Numbered from the stretch's first letter, positions 28,718-39,254 are shown. The stretch: DNA of 64,000 nt from a bacterium (GCA_021813125.1 JAKALT010000001.1:23-64022); one strand, 5' to 3'. Notes: generated by a model not told the origin, from the sequence alone. Translations and numbers: made by a program.

Positions 28718-29869
28718 GTGAAGCCGTCATTTTTCATCCAAACTTTTGGTTGTCAACAAAACCTCGCCGACAGCCAAAGGATATCAAGTTATTATCTTGC
28801 ACGAGGTTATAGTCAGTCCAAGTCCGCAATATCTGCAAGTGAAATAGTGATAAATACTTGCATGATCCGCCAAACTGCGGAAGACAAAGTCACCGGTCTT
28901 GTTAAAAATATAGCTAAAGGAAGAAATCCAAAACCGAAAATTGTCATTACAGGTTGTATGGTCGGAATGGCAACTCGCGACGATTCTGGAAAATACATCA
29001 AAGCACTCAAAAAAAGGATGCCAGAAGTAGACGAATTTCTACCTTTAGAAGAAGTAGGCTTCGACTATCCTGCCTTAAGATCCGACATAACACATGCCTG
29101 GGTGCCAATCTCTAACGGTTGTAATAATTTTTGCACTTTTTGCGTTGTTCCTTTTACGAGAGGCAGAGAAATATCAAGGCCATACAAAGAAATCTTAAAA
29201 GAAATTGAGGATTTGTCCAAAAACGGATGCAAGGAGATTACGCTTTTAGGTCAAAATGTCAATTCATATGGTTCAGATCTTGTTAAAAGCCAGAAAAGCT
29301 ATAAATTGCCCAATGGAAAAATTGTAAAACCTGTTATCGTTAAACACTTAGGCAAATTCCGAATACCTACTCTTTTTCCATATCTGCTAGAAGACGTTTG
29401 CAATATTAAAGGAATCGAAACTGTAAAATTTATTTCCTCCAACCCGTGGGATTTTTCAAATGAGCTGATTTCAACTATCGCCAAAAATGAAAAAATTGAC
29501 CGCAACTTGCATATCGCTGTTCAATCTGGCGACGATAAAATCCTCAAAAAAATGAACAGATGGTACACCAGGTCTCAATATTTAAATTTGTTAAAAAAAA
29601 TCAAATCTAAAATCCCAAATGCACAAATCTCAACAGATATAATAGTCGGCTTCCCTGGAGAAGGAGAAAAGGAATTTCAAAACACAGTTAAATTATCAGA
29701 AACTGCAAACTTTGCATACGCATATATTTCCAAGTATTCAGACCGTCCGCAAACTGCAGCCCATAAAGGCCTTGGAGATGATGTGCCTTATGCCGAAAAA
29801 GAAAAGCGCTTCCGTATCCTCGATGAACTTATCAATCATAGGGGTAGTCCCAGAACCGCGGTGCACTAA
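28718..29869 (+). CDS. miaB: MiaB-like tRNA methylthiotransferase (radical SAM) lacking the TRAM domain
   Basis: TFGCQQN..NTC..TGC N-terminal domain, CNNFCTFC, LLGQNVNSYG, TDIIVGFPGE; miaA nearby; start either GTG 28718 or ATG 28700. Confidence 0.85.
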   Translation: MKPSFFIQTFGCQQNLADSQRISSYYLARGYSQSKSAISASEIVINTCMIRQTAEDKVTGLVKNIAKGRNPKPKIVITGCMVGMATRDDSGKYIKALKKRMPEVDEFLPLEEVGFDYPALRSDITHAWVPISNGCNNFCTFCVVPFTRGREISRPYKEILKEIEDLSKNGCKEITLLGQNVNSYGSDLVKSQKSYKLPNGKIVKPVIVKHLGKFRIPTLFPYLLEDVCNIKGIETVKFISSNPWDFSNELISTIAKNEKIDRNLHIAVQSGDDKILKKMNRWYTRSQYLNLLKKIKSKIPNAQISTDIIVGFPGEGEKEFQNTVKLSETANFAYAYISKYSDRPQTAAHKGLGDDVPYAEKEKRFRILDELINHRGSPRTAVH

Positions 29870-29891
29870 ACCATCTTAAATTAGAAGGTCA

Positions 29892-31442
29892 CTATCTCTC
29901 TAAATCTTTTTGGGTTACGGTAAAAATCAGCCAGGTGTATCCAATAGTTCCTGACGGCTTTTTATATATTTGCCTTAGCCAATCGAAAGTACCTGCTTTC
30001 CAAAGGTTAAAATCATTGACACCAACAACAATTGTTCCTACTGTTGAACCAGTAACAATTGTTCCTCCCATTGGCCATTGGGGTTCAATTATGGCATTCG
30101 GATGACTCTTCCTATAACTTTCCAGATAAAAGTTATTTTGTCCCCAGTCTAGGCTTGAGTCTACAAAGTATTTGTAAGCGTTATTTGGACCGCCAAATGC
30201 CTCATTTGTGTATTCTAAAAAATGAGGAGAAATCAAAAGTGTTTTTACAAAATACCAGATTACTAATGAAATCATAAACATACGGTAAACGTTGCTCAAC
30301 GCTAAAGATCTAGGTCTATACGTTACAACCTTACTCACTAAAATAATTACAAATGGATAAATTGGTAAAAGATATCGAAGGCCAATAGCTATATGATTTA
30401 TAAAACTCATATACCAAACAAATATAATTATGAAGAACAAAAAAATTTTTTCGGTTTGTGATTTGATAACAAATTCTTTTTTTAGAAATAGAATAAAAGC
30501 AAAAACAATTAGAATCAACAAAGGAATAGGCGTTTTTATTACAAATGACATTGGTAAGACGTACCAGGGGGATCTCATATATTGCATTCCCCAGAACCAA
30601 CCCCACCATCCATTATTCGAAGTGACAAACTGTAGATCTAAGCCTAACAAAAATGGCTTTGGCATAGAATAAAGAAGTAATCTCAATGGCGTGTGTGATA
30701 ATCCTGACCATAACCAGCTTTCGAAATACTTAGGTATTTGCAAAGACCCCCTAAAGAGATAACCCAGATTTAAGATAAAAATAGCAATAGCGAAAACAAC
30801 CACAAGATTTATAAAGGACTTTAAAAATGGCGCGCTCTTAGTTGCTAAAAGCCAATAAATCACAAAAAACGGTAAAAGAATAAGCGTCGTATACTTTGTC
30901 AGTAGAGCAAACCCAAGACTTAAACCGCAAATTATAGTTAGCGGCAATGATTTTTTAGTAACAAAGCGAGAAAACAAAAAAACTGTAAGTAAAAATCCAA
31001 AAGAATTTAGAAAATCAGGTGTTAAAAATCGGCTGTGAGCTAATATTTCAGGATTAAACGAAAAAAGTATCAAGGAAAGAAAACCAGCTAAAAAGCCATA
31101 TGTCGATTTGGCAATAAGGAAAACAGTTAATGCAAAAAAAGGAAAAAGTAAAATAAAAGGAAATCTGGCCCAAAAAAGTTGAGAGCTAGCATCATTAACT
31201 GGTGCATAGTTAGAATATAAGTTCGCCAAATAATACATCATAGGAGGATGCAACCTTTCGTACACCTGATCCCAATCGAGATTTTTGGCAAGGTTTTTAG
31301 AGGCCGTTAGATATTTTATTTCGTCATAGTTTGGTGAAAGTTGTCCTATTCGATAGAGCTGAATTATTTGTGCTGTTACAATTACAAGTGCTACTAAAAG
31401 TATTTTTAAAATTAGATAATTTTTGTATTTTAATATTTTCAT
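29892..31442 (-). CDS. GT-C glycosyltransferase (PMT_2/ArnT-like)
   Basis: Many TM helices; YDE and HPP motifs; LLTKY; DSSLDWGQ. Confidence 0.85.
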   Translation of the reverse strand: MKILKYKNYLILKILLVALVIVTAQIIQLYRIGQLSPNYDEIKYLTASKNLAKNLDWDQVYERLHPPMMYYLANLYSNYAPVNDASSQLFWARFPFILLFPFFALTVFLIAKSTYGFLAGFLSLILFSFNPEILAHSRFLTPDFLNSFGFLLTVFLFSRFVTKKSLPLTIICGLSLGFALLTKYTTLILLPFFVIYWLLATKSAPFLKSFINLVVVFAIAIFILNLGYLFRGSLQIPKYFESWLWSGLSHTPLRLLLYSMPKPFLLGLDLQFVTSNNGWWGWFWGMQYMRSPWYVLPMSFVIKTPIPLLILIVFAFILFLKKEFVIKSQTEKIFLFFIIIFVWYMSFINHIAIGLRYLLPIYPFVIILVSKVVTYRPRSLALSNVYRMFMISLVIWYFVKTLLISPHFLEYTNEAFGGPNNAYKYFVDSSLDWGQNNFYLESYRKSHPNAIIEPQWPMGGTIVTGSTVGTIVVGVNDFNLWKAGTFDWLRQIYKKPSGTIGYTWLIFTVTQKDLER

Positions 31443-31478
31443 GCTTAACGGAGAACCAATCGAAAGACGACTTTTTAA

Positions 31479-32747
31479 CTACCTCCAAGTAGAAAGCCAA
31501 AGGTAGTTTTTGATCGAAGCGGGATCAATTGGCAGACCGGAAGTAATCGGATAAAAGTAAAAAAACGCCAATATGAAAAGACCAATGATGAAAAGTGAAA
31601 CAACCATAAGTTTTGTTTTATAAATTTGCCCAAGGCAGTAACCCATCCCAACTGCCAAAAAAGGAATCGACGGCAAATAATGATAAAAGAATAGAATTCT
31701 AGGGGTAAAAATCCAGGGAAACCAAAAAACAAAATACCCCGAAAGAACCAGCAGGTACTTATTCTCCCGCTCCTCTATGTACTTTCCTATAATGTATGAA
31801 ATACCGATTATCCCTATCCAAAGCACTAAAGGATTTCCGATAGCATAGATGAAACCGGCTTTTTGGCCATACTGTTCATACGAAAAATAAACACCTCGAG
31901 CATCAAGTATCCAAGGACAAAAAGTCCTAGGGCCATCAAGTCCTTGGGGGACACAAAAAATTGGGGTTGTTGCGTAAGAGTGTTTAAGATCACGTTTGTT
32001 TTGATACCACCATATTTGTTTATGCAAATCTATAAATTGCTGTATTGAGTGCCCCTGTATCCAAAACTGGCCATAGGATGCAAGATAAATAAATGCAGGA
32101 ATTAAAAAAATCAAAATTAACCGGGAATCAATTCTCTTCTCCTTAATATTTCCCAAAAGTAAAAATAAAAAAACAGCGCCTATGGCATAAAGACCGGTCC
32201 ACTTTGAGGCAACAGATAAGCCTAAAAAGATACTTGTAAAAAGCAAGTATTTAAGTTTAGGATTTTTAAAATAGATTGCTGTAAAAATAAAAGAACACAC
32301 AACGAAAAATGTCACAAAAACGTCATTCATTGTTATTCGGCTCATCACGAATGTTAAGTTTTCAAACGCGATTGTTGTAGCAGCAAACATGGCAGCTATT
32401 GGACCAAATAAAATATAAGCTAATAAAAATGTCGCTGGGATTATCGCAGTTCCAACAACTAAACTAGGAAACCTCCACGCAAAGGGAACATCACCAATAA
32501 TTTTTATCGATGCGGCCTGAATAAGTTTAGCCAAGGGGGGGTGAAGCCAGTCGTAAGCAGTTCCTGGCTTGGGAGCCGGTGAAAAAGGATCATAAGGTGC
32601 AGGATTATTTTTTGCAAATGCCTCTGCAGTAACAGCATGATAGACCTCATCAAAATAGTAGTGATTCGGCTCCGATATTCGATAAAGCCTAATGGCAAGG
32701 GAAAATATTGTCAGAAAGGCTATAAAAAATAACGAAATTTTTTTCAT
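31479..32747 (-). CDS. Polyprenyl-phosphate-mannose protein O-mannosyltransferase (GT39)
   Basis: YFDEVYH, HPPLAKLI, WRFPS, SRITMND, SKW, FYHYLP. Confidence 0.9.
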   Translation of the reverse strand: MKKISLFFIAFLTIFSLAIRLYRISEPNHYYFDEVYHAVTAEAFAKNNPAPYDPFSPAPKPGTAYDWLHPPLAKLIQAASIKIIGDVPFAWRFPSLVVGTAIIPATFLLAYILFGPIAAMFAATTIAFENLTFVMSRITMNDVFVTFFVVCSFIFTAIYFKNPKLKYLLFTSIFLGLSVASKWTGLYAIGAVFLFLLLGNIKEKRIDSRLILIFLIPAFIYLASYGQFWIQGHSIQQFIDLHKQIWWYQNKRDLKHSYATTPIFCVPQGLDGPRTFCPWILDARGVYFSYEQYGQKAGFIYAIGNPLVLWIGIIGISYIIGKYIEERENKYLLVLSGYFVFWFPWIFTPRILFFYHYLPSIPFLAVGMGYCLGQIYKTKLMVVSLFIIGLFILAFFYFYPITSGLPIDPASIKNYLWLSTWR

Positions 32748-32775
32748 TTTAATCTAATTTTAAATGTTAAAATAT

Positions 32776-34530
32776 TCAAATTCCAAGCTTGTAAATTTTG
32801 TACTTGCTGTTCTGGTAAACAAGCATAAAATTGTCATCAAACGTTCCTCTGGCCGCATGCCAGTCTACCATTGCAGCAGGATCTATAACAGCATACTTGC
32901 CTTCATAGGAATCAGCAATAAATTTCCAGGAGACGGGATCAGAGTAAAATAACTTCAAATCCTGCTCGCGCTTACCGTAAGAAATACCTCTCGTCCAGAG
33001 CCAGCCCGGATAACCGACTAAAACTGGACGTCCTGCTAGTGAAGAAACAGGATTTAAATGGGTTGAACTTGTGATAATATTTTGACCTTCAGCAATATTA
33101 TTTTTTACAAAGTTCGAAGCAGCAATTGCATCGGTATCAAATATAATAGGAAGTTTATCAAAAGGAACTAAAAATCTTGGAATTTGGTCAATAAAGCCTG
33201 AGTATGTTGCCAGAGTCAAAAAGATAAAAAATAGAATGGACCCTAAAATTTTTCTATTTTTCAAAATCCAAACGAAAAAAGCGACAAAAACAGGAGCTGC
33301 AAAAAATTGAAAATAAACTAAAATCTTATTATTGTCATAATCCCAGGGTTGAAACCTTATAAGCTGTACAGCCAAAAACATTGCCGCACCACAAAACCAC
33401 CACCACGAGATATCGTTAAACTGCTGCTTGAAGCTTCGACGTCCAAAGGCAATAAGAATTCCCCCCATGACAAAGATAGGTAAAATTACACCAAAATTTA
33501 AGAGTAAAAAATTGAAAAAAGGCAGTATTGATCCACCGAAGAGACCGCTATGAGCATCAAATTTTATAGATCCAATTGTTGGCTCAACCATCCATCCGAA
33601 CCTAAATTTCAAAAATGAACCCTGTGTAATCGCAGATGTATTGCCTGCAACCAGATAAATAATCTGAGGGATCGACATTAAAAAAATTATTACAGCCAAC
33701 AGTGCTAGCCTTTTTATCAACTGTAAATTTTTCTGGATAATTGCAGCAGTTCCGGTTACCAAAAGTGTTAGGCCCATTGCTATAAATGTATGAAAATGGC
33801 CTAAAGGTGAAACTCCTACCAAAATTCCGAGCATTATTGTCCAAGCATTATTTTTTGGACTTTTCAACCACTTTTCGAGCACATAGACAAAAAGCGCAAA
33901 ATTAAATATTCCAAAAAAGAATGACCTTTGGTGGAGAAAAACTAAAGAAAGTGGCGCACCCCATGTAATATTTTGCTGAGGGAACACAGCATCATATTTA
34001 GTGATTGTAGAAGCTGTATTATTAACCAAATAATTGATAAAGCCCCCCAAACTATGATTAGCGTAGTTTGCAAGGTAATTTTGAATATGCCAGTTTGCCC
34101 CAAATCCGGCCCCGAAAAGAAAAACAACAACCGCAATAACAGCTGCCCAACTAGATTTTAGAAATTTTTTGTAAATAACAAAGGTAAAAACTGTTGCCAA
34201 AGTCATAAAAATCATTGCCGGCAGTTGCATTGCCATATACCACCTTTGCGAAAAATGCAGAAGAACTCCACTTATTAAATTAATTAAAAATGAATATCTC
34301 ATTCGTTCGCCGTTAAAAATTGGTTCGTTAAAATCAAATTTTTTCTCGAAAGCAAATTTAGAAACTTCTGTCATATGAAACGGAATGTCTCCATAACCTG
34401 CCGAAGCTGCACGCATATTTCCTCGTTCGTCGATTGAAAAAGTTTTAGAAATTAAAAAAAGATGAAACAATATTAATGAGAATAAAACTAAAATGGGGCC
34501 CCAGGAAATTTTTAAAATTGACCACTTCAT
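32776..34530 (-). CDS. Polytopic membrane protein, probable GT-C-fold glycosyltransferase
   Basis: About 12 TM helices; GDIPFH loop; DNNK; soluble C-terminal domain; clustered with two GT-C genes. Confidence 0.7.
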   Translation of the reverse strand: MKWSILKISWGPILVLFSLILFHLFLISKTFSIDERGNMRAASAGYGDIPFHMTEVSKFAFEKKFDFNEPIFNGERMRYSFLINLISGVLLHFSQRWYMAMQLPAMIFMTLATVFTFVIYKKFLKSSWAAVIAVVVFLFGAGFGANWHIQNYLANYANHSLGGFINYLVNNTASTITKYDAVFPQQNITWGAPLSLVFLHQRSFFFGIFNFALFVYVLEKWLKSPKNNAWTIMLGILVGVSPLGHFHTFIAMGLTLLVTGTAAIIQKNLQLIKRLALLAVIIFLMSIPQIIYLVAGNTSAITQGSFLKFRFGWMVEPTIGSIKFDAHSGLFGGSILPFFNFLLLNFGVILPIFVMGGILIAFGRRSFKQQFNDISWWWFCGAAMFLAVQLIRFQPWDYDNNKILVYFQFFAAPVFVAFFVWILKNRKILGSILFFIFLTLATYSGFIDQIPRFLVPFDKLPIIFDTDAIAASNFVKNNIAEGQNIITSSTHLNPVSSLAGRPVLVGYPGWLWTRGISYGKREQDLKLFYSDPVSWKFIADSYEGKYAVIDPAAMVDWHAARGTFDDNFMLVYQNSKYKIYKLGI

Positions 34531-34555
34531 ATAAATCTATTATAGTCAACGGCAA

Positions 34556-35515
34556 ATGCATAAAAAAACCAATGAAACATCACCGAAATTAATTGTAATC
34601 TATGGTCCTACCGTTACAGGTAAAACAAACTTGGCAATTAAACTTGCAAAAAGACACAATGGTGAAATCATTTCTGCAGATTCGCGCCAAATTTTTAAGA
34701 ATTTGGACATAGGAACCGGAAAAGTGGATTTCAACTCAAAAGTCGAAAAACATAACGGTTATTGGATCGTCAATGGTGTAAAAATTCACGGCTTCGATAT
34801 TAAAAAACCGGAAGAAAAATATTCAGCAGCAGAGTTTATCAAATTTGCAAAAAAAACACTTGAGCAGATAAGAAAATCAAAAAAATTACCAATTTTAGTA
34901 GGTGGCACAGGATTTTATATAAAATCGTTTCTCTATGGCCTTGAATCGGCAGGCATAAAAGAGAATAGCAAGCTTCGCAGTACTTTAAGTAAACTAACCG
35001 CTTTAGAGCTTTACCATAGATTAGCCAAACTAAATGCTCAAAAAGCACAATCATTAAATGAATCGGACAAAAAAAACCCTCGCAGACTAATAAGGGCACT
35101 AGAAATCGAAAAATCAAAGCCAAAATTATCCACACAAAAAATCGAAGAATTTGAGGGAAACGTTAAAGTCATTGGACTCACAGCGTCTAACGAATATCTT
35201 TATAAGAAGGCTAATAAATGGTTATGGGCGAGATTAGACAATGGATTAGTTAGCGAAGTAGAAAAACTGCTTCAAACCGTAAATTATCGTTGGCTCTTAT
35301 CTTTAGGTTTGGAATACAAATGGTTGACACTGTTTAAAAAAGGAAAAATAGAAAAGGAACAAGCAGTCAAAAGGCTACAAGGCGAAATACATGCATTTAT
35401 AAGAAGACAAAAAATGTGGTTTAGGCAATTTAAAAAAATCGAAATTCACAATATCTCCCAAAAAAGCGCAATAAAACTTATTGAAAAAAGTATTGATGAC
35501 TTTATAAAATTTTAA
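34556..35515 (+). CDS. miaA: tRNA dimethylallyltransferase
   Basis: GPTVTGKT, ISADSRQ, LDIGTGK, VGGTGFYI, RRQKMWF. Confidence 0.96.
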   Translation: MHKKTNETSPKLIVIYGPTVTGKTNLAIKLAKRHNGEIISADSRQIFKNLDIGTGKVDFNSKVEKHNGYWIVNGVKIHGFDIKKPEEKYSAAEFIKFAKKTLEQIRKSKKLPILVGGTGFYIKSFLYGLESAGIKENSKLRSTLSKLTALELYHRLAKLNAQKAQSLNESDKKNPRRLIRALEIEKSKPKLSTQKIEEFEGNVKVIGLTASNEYLYKKANKWLWARLDNGLVSEVEKLLQTVNYRWLLSLGLEYKWLTLFKKGKIEKEQAVKRLQGEIHAFIRRQKMWFRQFKKIEIHNISQKSAIKLIEKSIDDFIKF

Positions 35516-35558
35516 ATTTGATTGCGCTTTCATGACAGGCTGATATATACTCAAGAAA

Positions 35559-36584
35559 ATGAAAGAACCAAATCCAGTTAAGATTGAAATTTCCCACAAG
35601 ACAATATTCTTTACCGCATTTTTTATCATTGCCCTCTGGCTAATAGTGAAACTTAGCAGTATTATCGTGACGTTAAGCTTGTCTTTTTTGCTCCTCTCTG
35701 CCCTTTTAAAACCAGTTCAATGGCTTACTTCTAAAAATTTACCAAGAATTGTATCAGTATTTATTGTGTACATCACAATTATTTTATTAATAAGCGTAAT
35801 TATTGGTACGATCATTCCACCTCTAATTTCACAAACAACGGAATTTACCAACAAGTTACCTGAAATCCTATCAACAACCGATAATTATCTTGTTTTCCAT
35901 AAGATACCAGTCGAAAATTTATCATCTGTAATTGCAAAACAAGTTAATCAATTTAGTGGTGATATTGTTGCAGTGACTAGCAAAGTAGTATCAAGTGTAG
36001 TCTTAATACTAACAATGTTTGTTCTCACATTTTACCTTCTATTAGATTGGAATAATTTTTTAAAAGTGATATCTTCCCCATTCTCGGGTGTCCAAGAAAA
36101 AAGAATCACGAACATTATTTCAAATGTTGAAGATGGTTTGGGAAGATGGGTTAGGGGGCAATTAGTACTTTCTGCTGTGGTCGGTGTACTAAGTTATATC
36201 GGACTTCTTGTAATTGGCATTCCTTTTGCATTGCCATTGGCCTTAATCGCCGCAATATTTGAAATTCTTCCAATTGTTGGCCCGATAATTGCCGCTATTC
36301 CGGCGATTCTGGTCGGCCTGACGTTTTCCCCGTTTATGGGATTGGCCGCTACAGCTATTTTTGTTATTGTCCAGCAACTGGAAAATCACCTTGTTGTCCC
36401 CGTTGTTATGTCTAGGGTAGTGGGGGTGCGTCCCCCAATAATTATCGTCTCTCTTTTAATTGGGGCAAAAATTGCAGGCATTACTGGGGCTTTTTTTGCA
36501 GTCCCATTAATTGTTGTTATAAAAATTTTAATAAAAGAGCTTTTAACAGAGGAAAAAAGTTTTGAAGAAAGCTTATTGGAATAG
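35559..36584 (+). CDS. AI-2E (UPF0118) family transporter
   Basis: LTFYLLLD, ILPIVGP, QQLENHLVVP, GITGAFFAVP. Confidence 0.9.
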   Translation: MKEPNPVKIEISHKTIFFTAFFIIALWLIVKLSSIIVTLSLSFLLLSALLKPVQWLTSKNLPRIVSVFIVYITIILLISVIIGTIIPPLISQTTEFTNKLPEILSTTDNYLVFHKIPVENLSSVIAKQVNQFSGDIVAVTSKVVSSVVLILTMFVLTFYLLLDWNNFLKVISSPFSGVQEKRITNIISNVEDGLGRWVRGQLVLSAVVGVLSYIGLLVIGIPFALPLALIAAIFEILPIVGPIIAAIPAILVGLTFSPFMGLAATAIFVIVQQLENHLVVPVVMSRVVGVRPPIIIVSLLIGAKIAGITGAFFAVPLIVVIKILIKELLTEEKSFEESLLE

Positions 36585-36585
36585 T

Positions 36586-36943
36586 GCTTCTGGGAAGGGA
36601 ATAAGCCAGATTCTGTTTTAACGATCATCTGTCTCAAAATGACGCTTTGCCATTTTACCCCGCTTTAGACGGGGTGCCCCTATTTTGAACCTTCCGGAAA
36701 CGTGGTCTAATGGTTCAGTTCTGGGTTGCAGCAGTCAGGATTGCCCGTTTCACACCTACTCGTCTCTGTTGCTCTCCCGAAAGGTTAATTCCTCTCAGGT
36801 CTTAAAAGCTGTGTGTAGGTAAAGCTTTTAAGAACTAGCGCTTACGCGTCGGAACTTACGTTCCGTGACTTGTTTCCTGCTGTCTGGACTTTCCTATACA
36901 CTCAGTTTTACGTGAATGCATCAATCGTCTTCTTCCCAGAAGC
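36586..36943 (-). ncRNA. rnpB: RNase P RNA
   Basis: Minus strand P1 GCTTCTGGGAAG/CTTCCCAGAAGC; conserved regions AGGAAAGTCC, AGAGCAACAGAGA, GTGAAACG, AGACAGATGAT and AACAGAATCTGGCTTA; compensated P4 pairing. Confidence 0.95.
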
Positions 36944-37020
36944 GAAGCAAATTTTACCAAAAACTGGTGCAATTCTCAAGTTGATTGACTATTCTTGAGA
37001 AAAGTGCCGATAATATATTG

Positions 37021-37212
37021 ATGGCCAAAAAACCAAAAGCTTTATTTAAGAAAAATATTCTTTCAAGATCGCTTATTGGCTTAACACTCCTTTTTGTCCT
37101 AGTTGCCGCTTTTGAAGCAGTGACCCAAAACGACTTTACAACTCTCGCCCCCACCCAACTATTTGTTGTGGCAGGCGTATTTGGGATTCTCGGCCTTTAT
37201 ACAAAAGAATAA
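37021..37212 (+). CDS. Small two-TM membrane protein (63 aa)
   Basis: ATG 37021; basic N-terminus and two hydrophobic segments. Confidence 0.6.
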   Translation: MAKKPKALFKKNILSRSLIGLTLLFVLVAAFEAVTQNDFTTLAPTQLFVVAGVFGILGLYTKE

Positions 37213-37225
37213 AACTTCAAAGGAC

Positions 37226-37254
37226 TTGGAATGTCCAGCTTTCTAAGGTAAACT
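37226..37254 (+). promoter_or_regulatory. Possible pur cluster promoter
   Basis: TTGGAA, 17-nt spacer, TAAACT; overlapped by short inverted repeats. Confidence 0.4.
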
Positions 37255-37278
37255 TACACTACAAAGCTGCTCAATCGT

Positions 37279-37968
37279 ATGCCAAAAAAAATACCTATCG
37301 CTGTTTTAATTGGCGGAGGTTCAAAGTTACCAGCCCTAATTGAAGCAGCAAAGAAAAAGGCAAGTAACTTTGAAATAAAACTCGTAGTAAGCCACAAATC
37401 ATCTTCCCATGGTATAAGTTTAGCCTTAAAAAACAATATCCCCGCTGTATTTTTTAATCTACCGGATTACCGAAATAGATTATTTGGCGGCAATATTAAA
37501 GCCCGTTCCGATTATATGCAAAAACTTGGTTGGTTTATTAGCCAGAGGGCATATAGTCCCAAACTTTTGGTTTTCGCGGGATGGGACTTGGTGATGGATA
37601 AAAATTTTTTCGATTTTTTTAAATGTAATTTTGGAAACGGTTATTCAGCTATAAACCTGCACCCCGCAATTTTGCCCGAAGAAAATGAAAAAGAAATAAA
37701 GATGCCGGATGGGCTAACTACTCCTGTTATAAAGGGTGAACAAACAGAAGTATTGCAGCAGGTTCTTGACAATAAATTAACATATTTTGGTCCTACAGTA
37801 CATTTTATGGTAGCAAGCGGGTATGACACCGGCAAAATAATTGAAAGGGAATTTATTAAAGTTGGCTCTGCAAAAAGTATAAGTGATCTGCGCAAAAAGT
37901 TATTACCGGTTGAGGATAAAATTATAGTCTCTTCGATAAATACTGTGATCGAAAAATATTTATCATGA
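37279..37968 (+). CDS. purN: GAR formyltransferase (divergent)
   Basis: IAVLIGGGS, FAGW, INLHP, GPTVH, DTGKII; heads the pur cluster. Confidence 0.85.
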   Translation: MPKKIPIAVLIGGGSKLPALIEAAKKKASNFEIKLVVSHKSSSHGISLALKNNIPAVFFNLPDYRNRLFGGNIKARSDYMQKLGWFISQRAYSPKLLVFAGWDLVMDKNFFDFFKCNFGNGYSAINLHPAILPEENEKEIKMPDGLTTPVIKGEQTEVLQQVLDNKLTYFGPTVHFMVASGYDTGKIIEREFIKVGSAKSISDLRKKLLPVEDKIIVSSINTVIEKYLS

Positions 37969-39254
37969 AAAAAAGTACCGTTTTAGTAATCGACGGTGGA
38001 GGCAGAGGGTCTGTCCTTACGGCAAAATACCTGGAAAGTAAACTTGTCGGTAAAGTTTTGGTTACACCCGGCAACGATTTAATGCTAATTAACAAAAACG
38101 TTGAGATATTCCCCAATATTAAAACCACAGACACCAAAAATATTCTTAATGTTTGCATAAAAAACAAAGTGGACCTAGTCGATGTTGCCCAAGATGATGC
38201 CGTTGCTGTAGGTATTACTGATATTCTCCTAAAAAACAAATTTAAAGTTTTTGGACCTACAAAAGCGGCTGGCCAGATAGAATGGGATAAGTCATGGTCT
38301 AAAAATTTTATGAATAAAAATAGAATTCCAACAGCTAAATTTAAAGTTTTTAAAACTCAAAAAGCAGGGATTTTATTTATTAAAAAACATAAAGATTCTA
38401 AATGGTATGTTAAAGCCTCCGGTCTTGCTGCGGGAAAGGGCGTGATATTTGCTGCAAACAACAAGGAAGCAATACACGCCATAAATCAAATGAAAAATTT
38501 TGGTAAATCAGGCGAAACTTTTGTTATTGAGGAATCACTGGAAGGTGAAGAATTTTCATCATTCGCTGCAGTCAATGGCAAAAAATTTATTATTTTAGGC
38601 CATGCTCAAGACCACAAAACTGTTTATGACGGAAATATCGGTCCAAATACAGGCGGTATGGGGTGCTCCTCACCTCCGCTTGCAATAACCCCATACATTG
38701 AAAAGCAAGTAAATGTTATTTTTAAGAAAACTACTGCTGGTTTGGTAAAACTTAAAAGACCTTACCTGGGCATATTATATTTAGGTGGCATAATTGATTC
38801 AAAAGGCAAAGTTAAAGTTATCGAATTCAATGCAAGATGGGGAGACCCGGAAGCTCAAGTAATTTTACCTTCAATAAAAAATGATTATTATAGCTTGGTT
38901 GCCGAAATATTAAACGGTAATAAGCCAAGGATAATTAAGGATAAAAAATATAGAATTGTTGTTGCGGCAACAGCAAAAGGGTATCCAGTAGATTACAGTA
39001 AAATCGTTGGCAAGGAAATTAAAGGTATGGATAAACTAGTAAAGTCCAAGGTGAAAATTTATGGTGCCGGAGTAAAACTTCAAGGAAATAAGTATTTAGT
39101 TTCGGGCGGAAGATTATTTTATGTGCTTAGTGAGGGTAAGAATGTTGCAGAAGCTCGTAAAATAGCCTATAATGCTCTATCTCTAGTCTCTATAGCCGGT
39201 GGAAATCTTCATTATCGCCGCGATATCGGTTACAGAGACCTTAAAAGAAATTAA
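37965..39254 (+). CDS. purD: Phosphoribosylamine-glycine ligase
   Basis: KASGLAAGKGV, QDHK, GPNTGGMG, EFNARWGDPE. Confidence 0.97.
   Translation: MKKSTVLVIDGGGRGSVLTAKYLESKLVGKVLVTPGNDLMLINKNVEIFPNIKTTDTKNILNVCIKNKVDLVDVAQDDAVAVGITDILLKNKFKVFGPTKAAGQIEWDKSWSKNFMNKNRIPTAKFKVFKTQKAGILFIKKHKDSKWYVKASGLAAGKGVIFAANNKEAIHAINQMKNFGKSGETFVIEESLEGEEFSSFAAVNGKKFIILGHAQDHKTVYDGNIGPNTGGMGCSSPPLAITPYIEKQVNVIFKKTTAGLVKLKRPYLGILYLGGIIDSKGKVKVIEFNARWGDPEAQVILPSIKNDYYSLVAEILNGNKPRIIKDKKYRIVVAATAKGYPVDYSKIVGKEIKGMDKLVKSKVKIYGAGVKLQGNKYLVSGGRLFYVLSEGKNVAEARKIAYNALSLVSIAGGNLHYRRDIGYRDLKRN

Noticed and set aside
37213-37278. Purine, ZTP or PRPP riboswitch ahead of the pur cluster
   Set aside because: The spacer is too short and lacks recognisable aptamer cores
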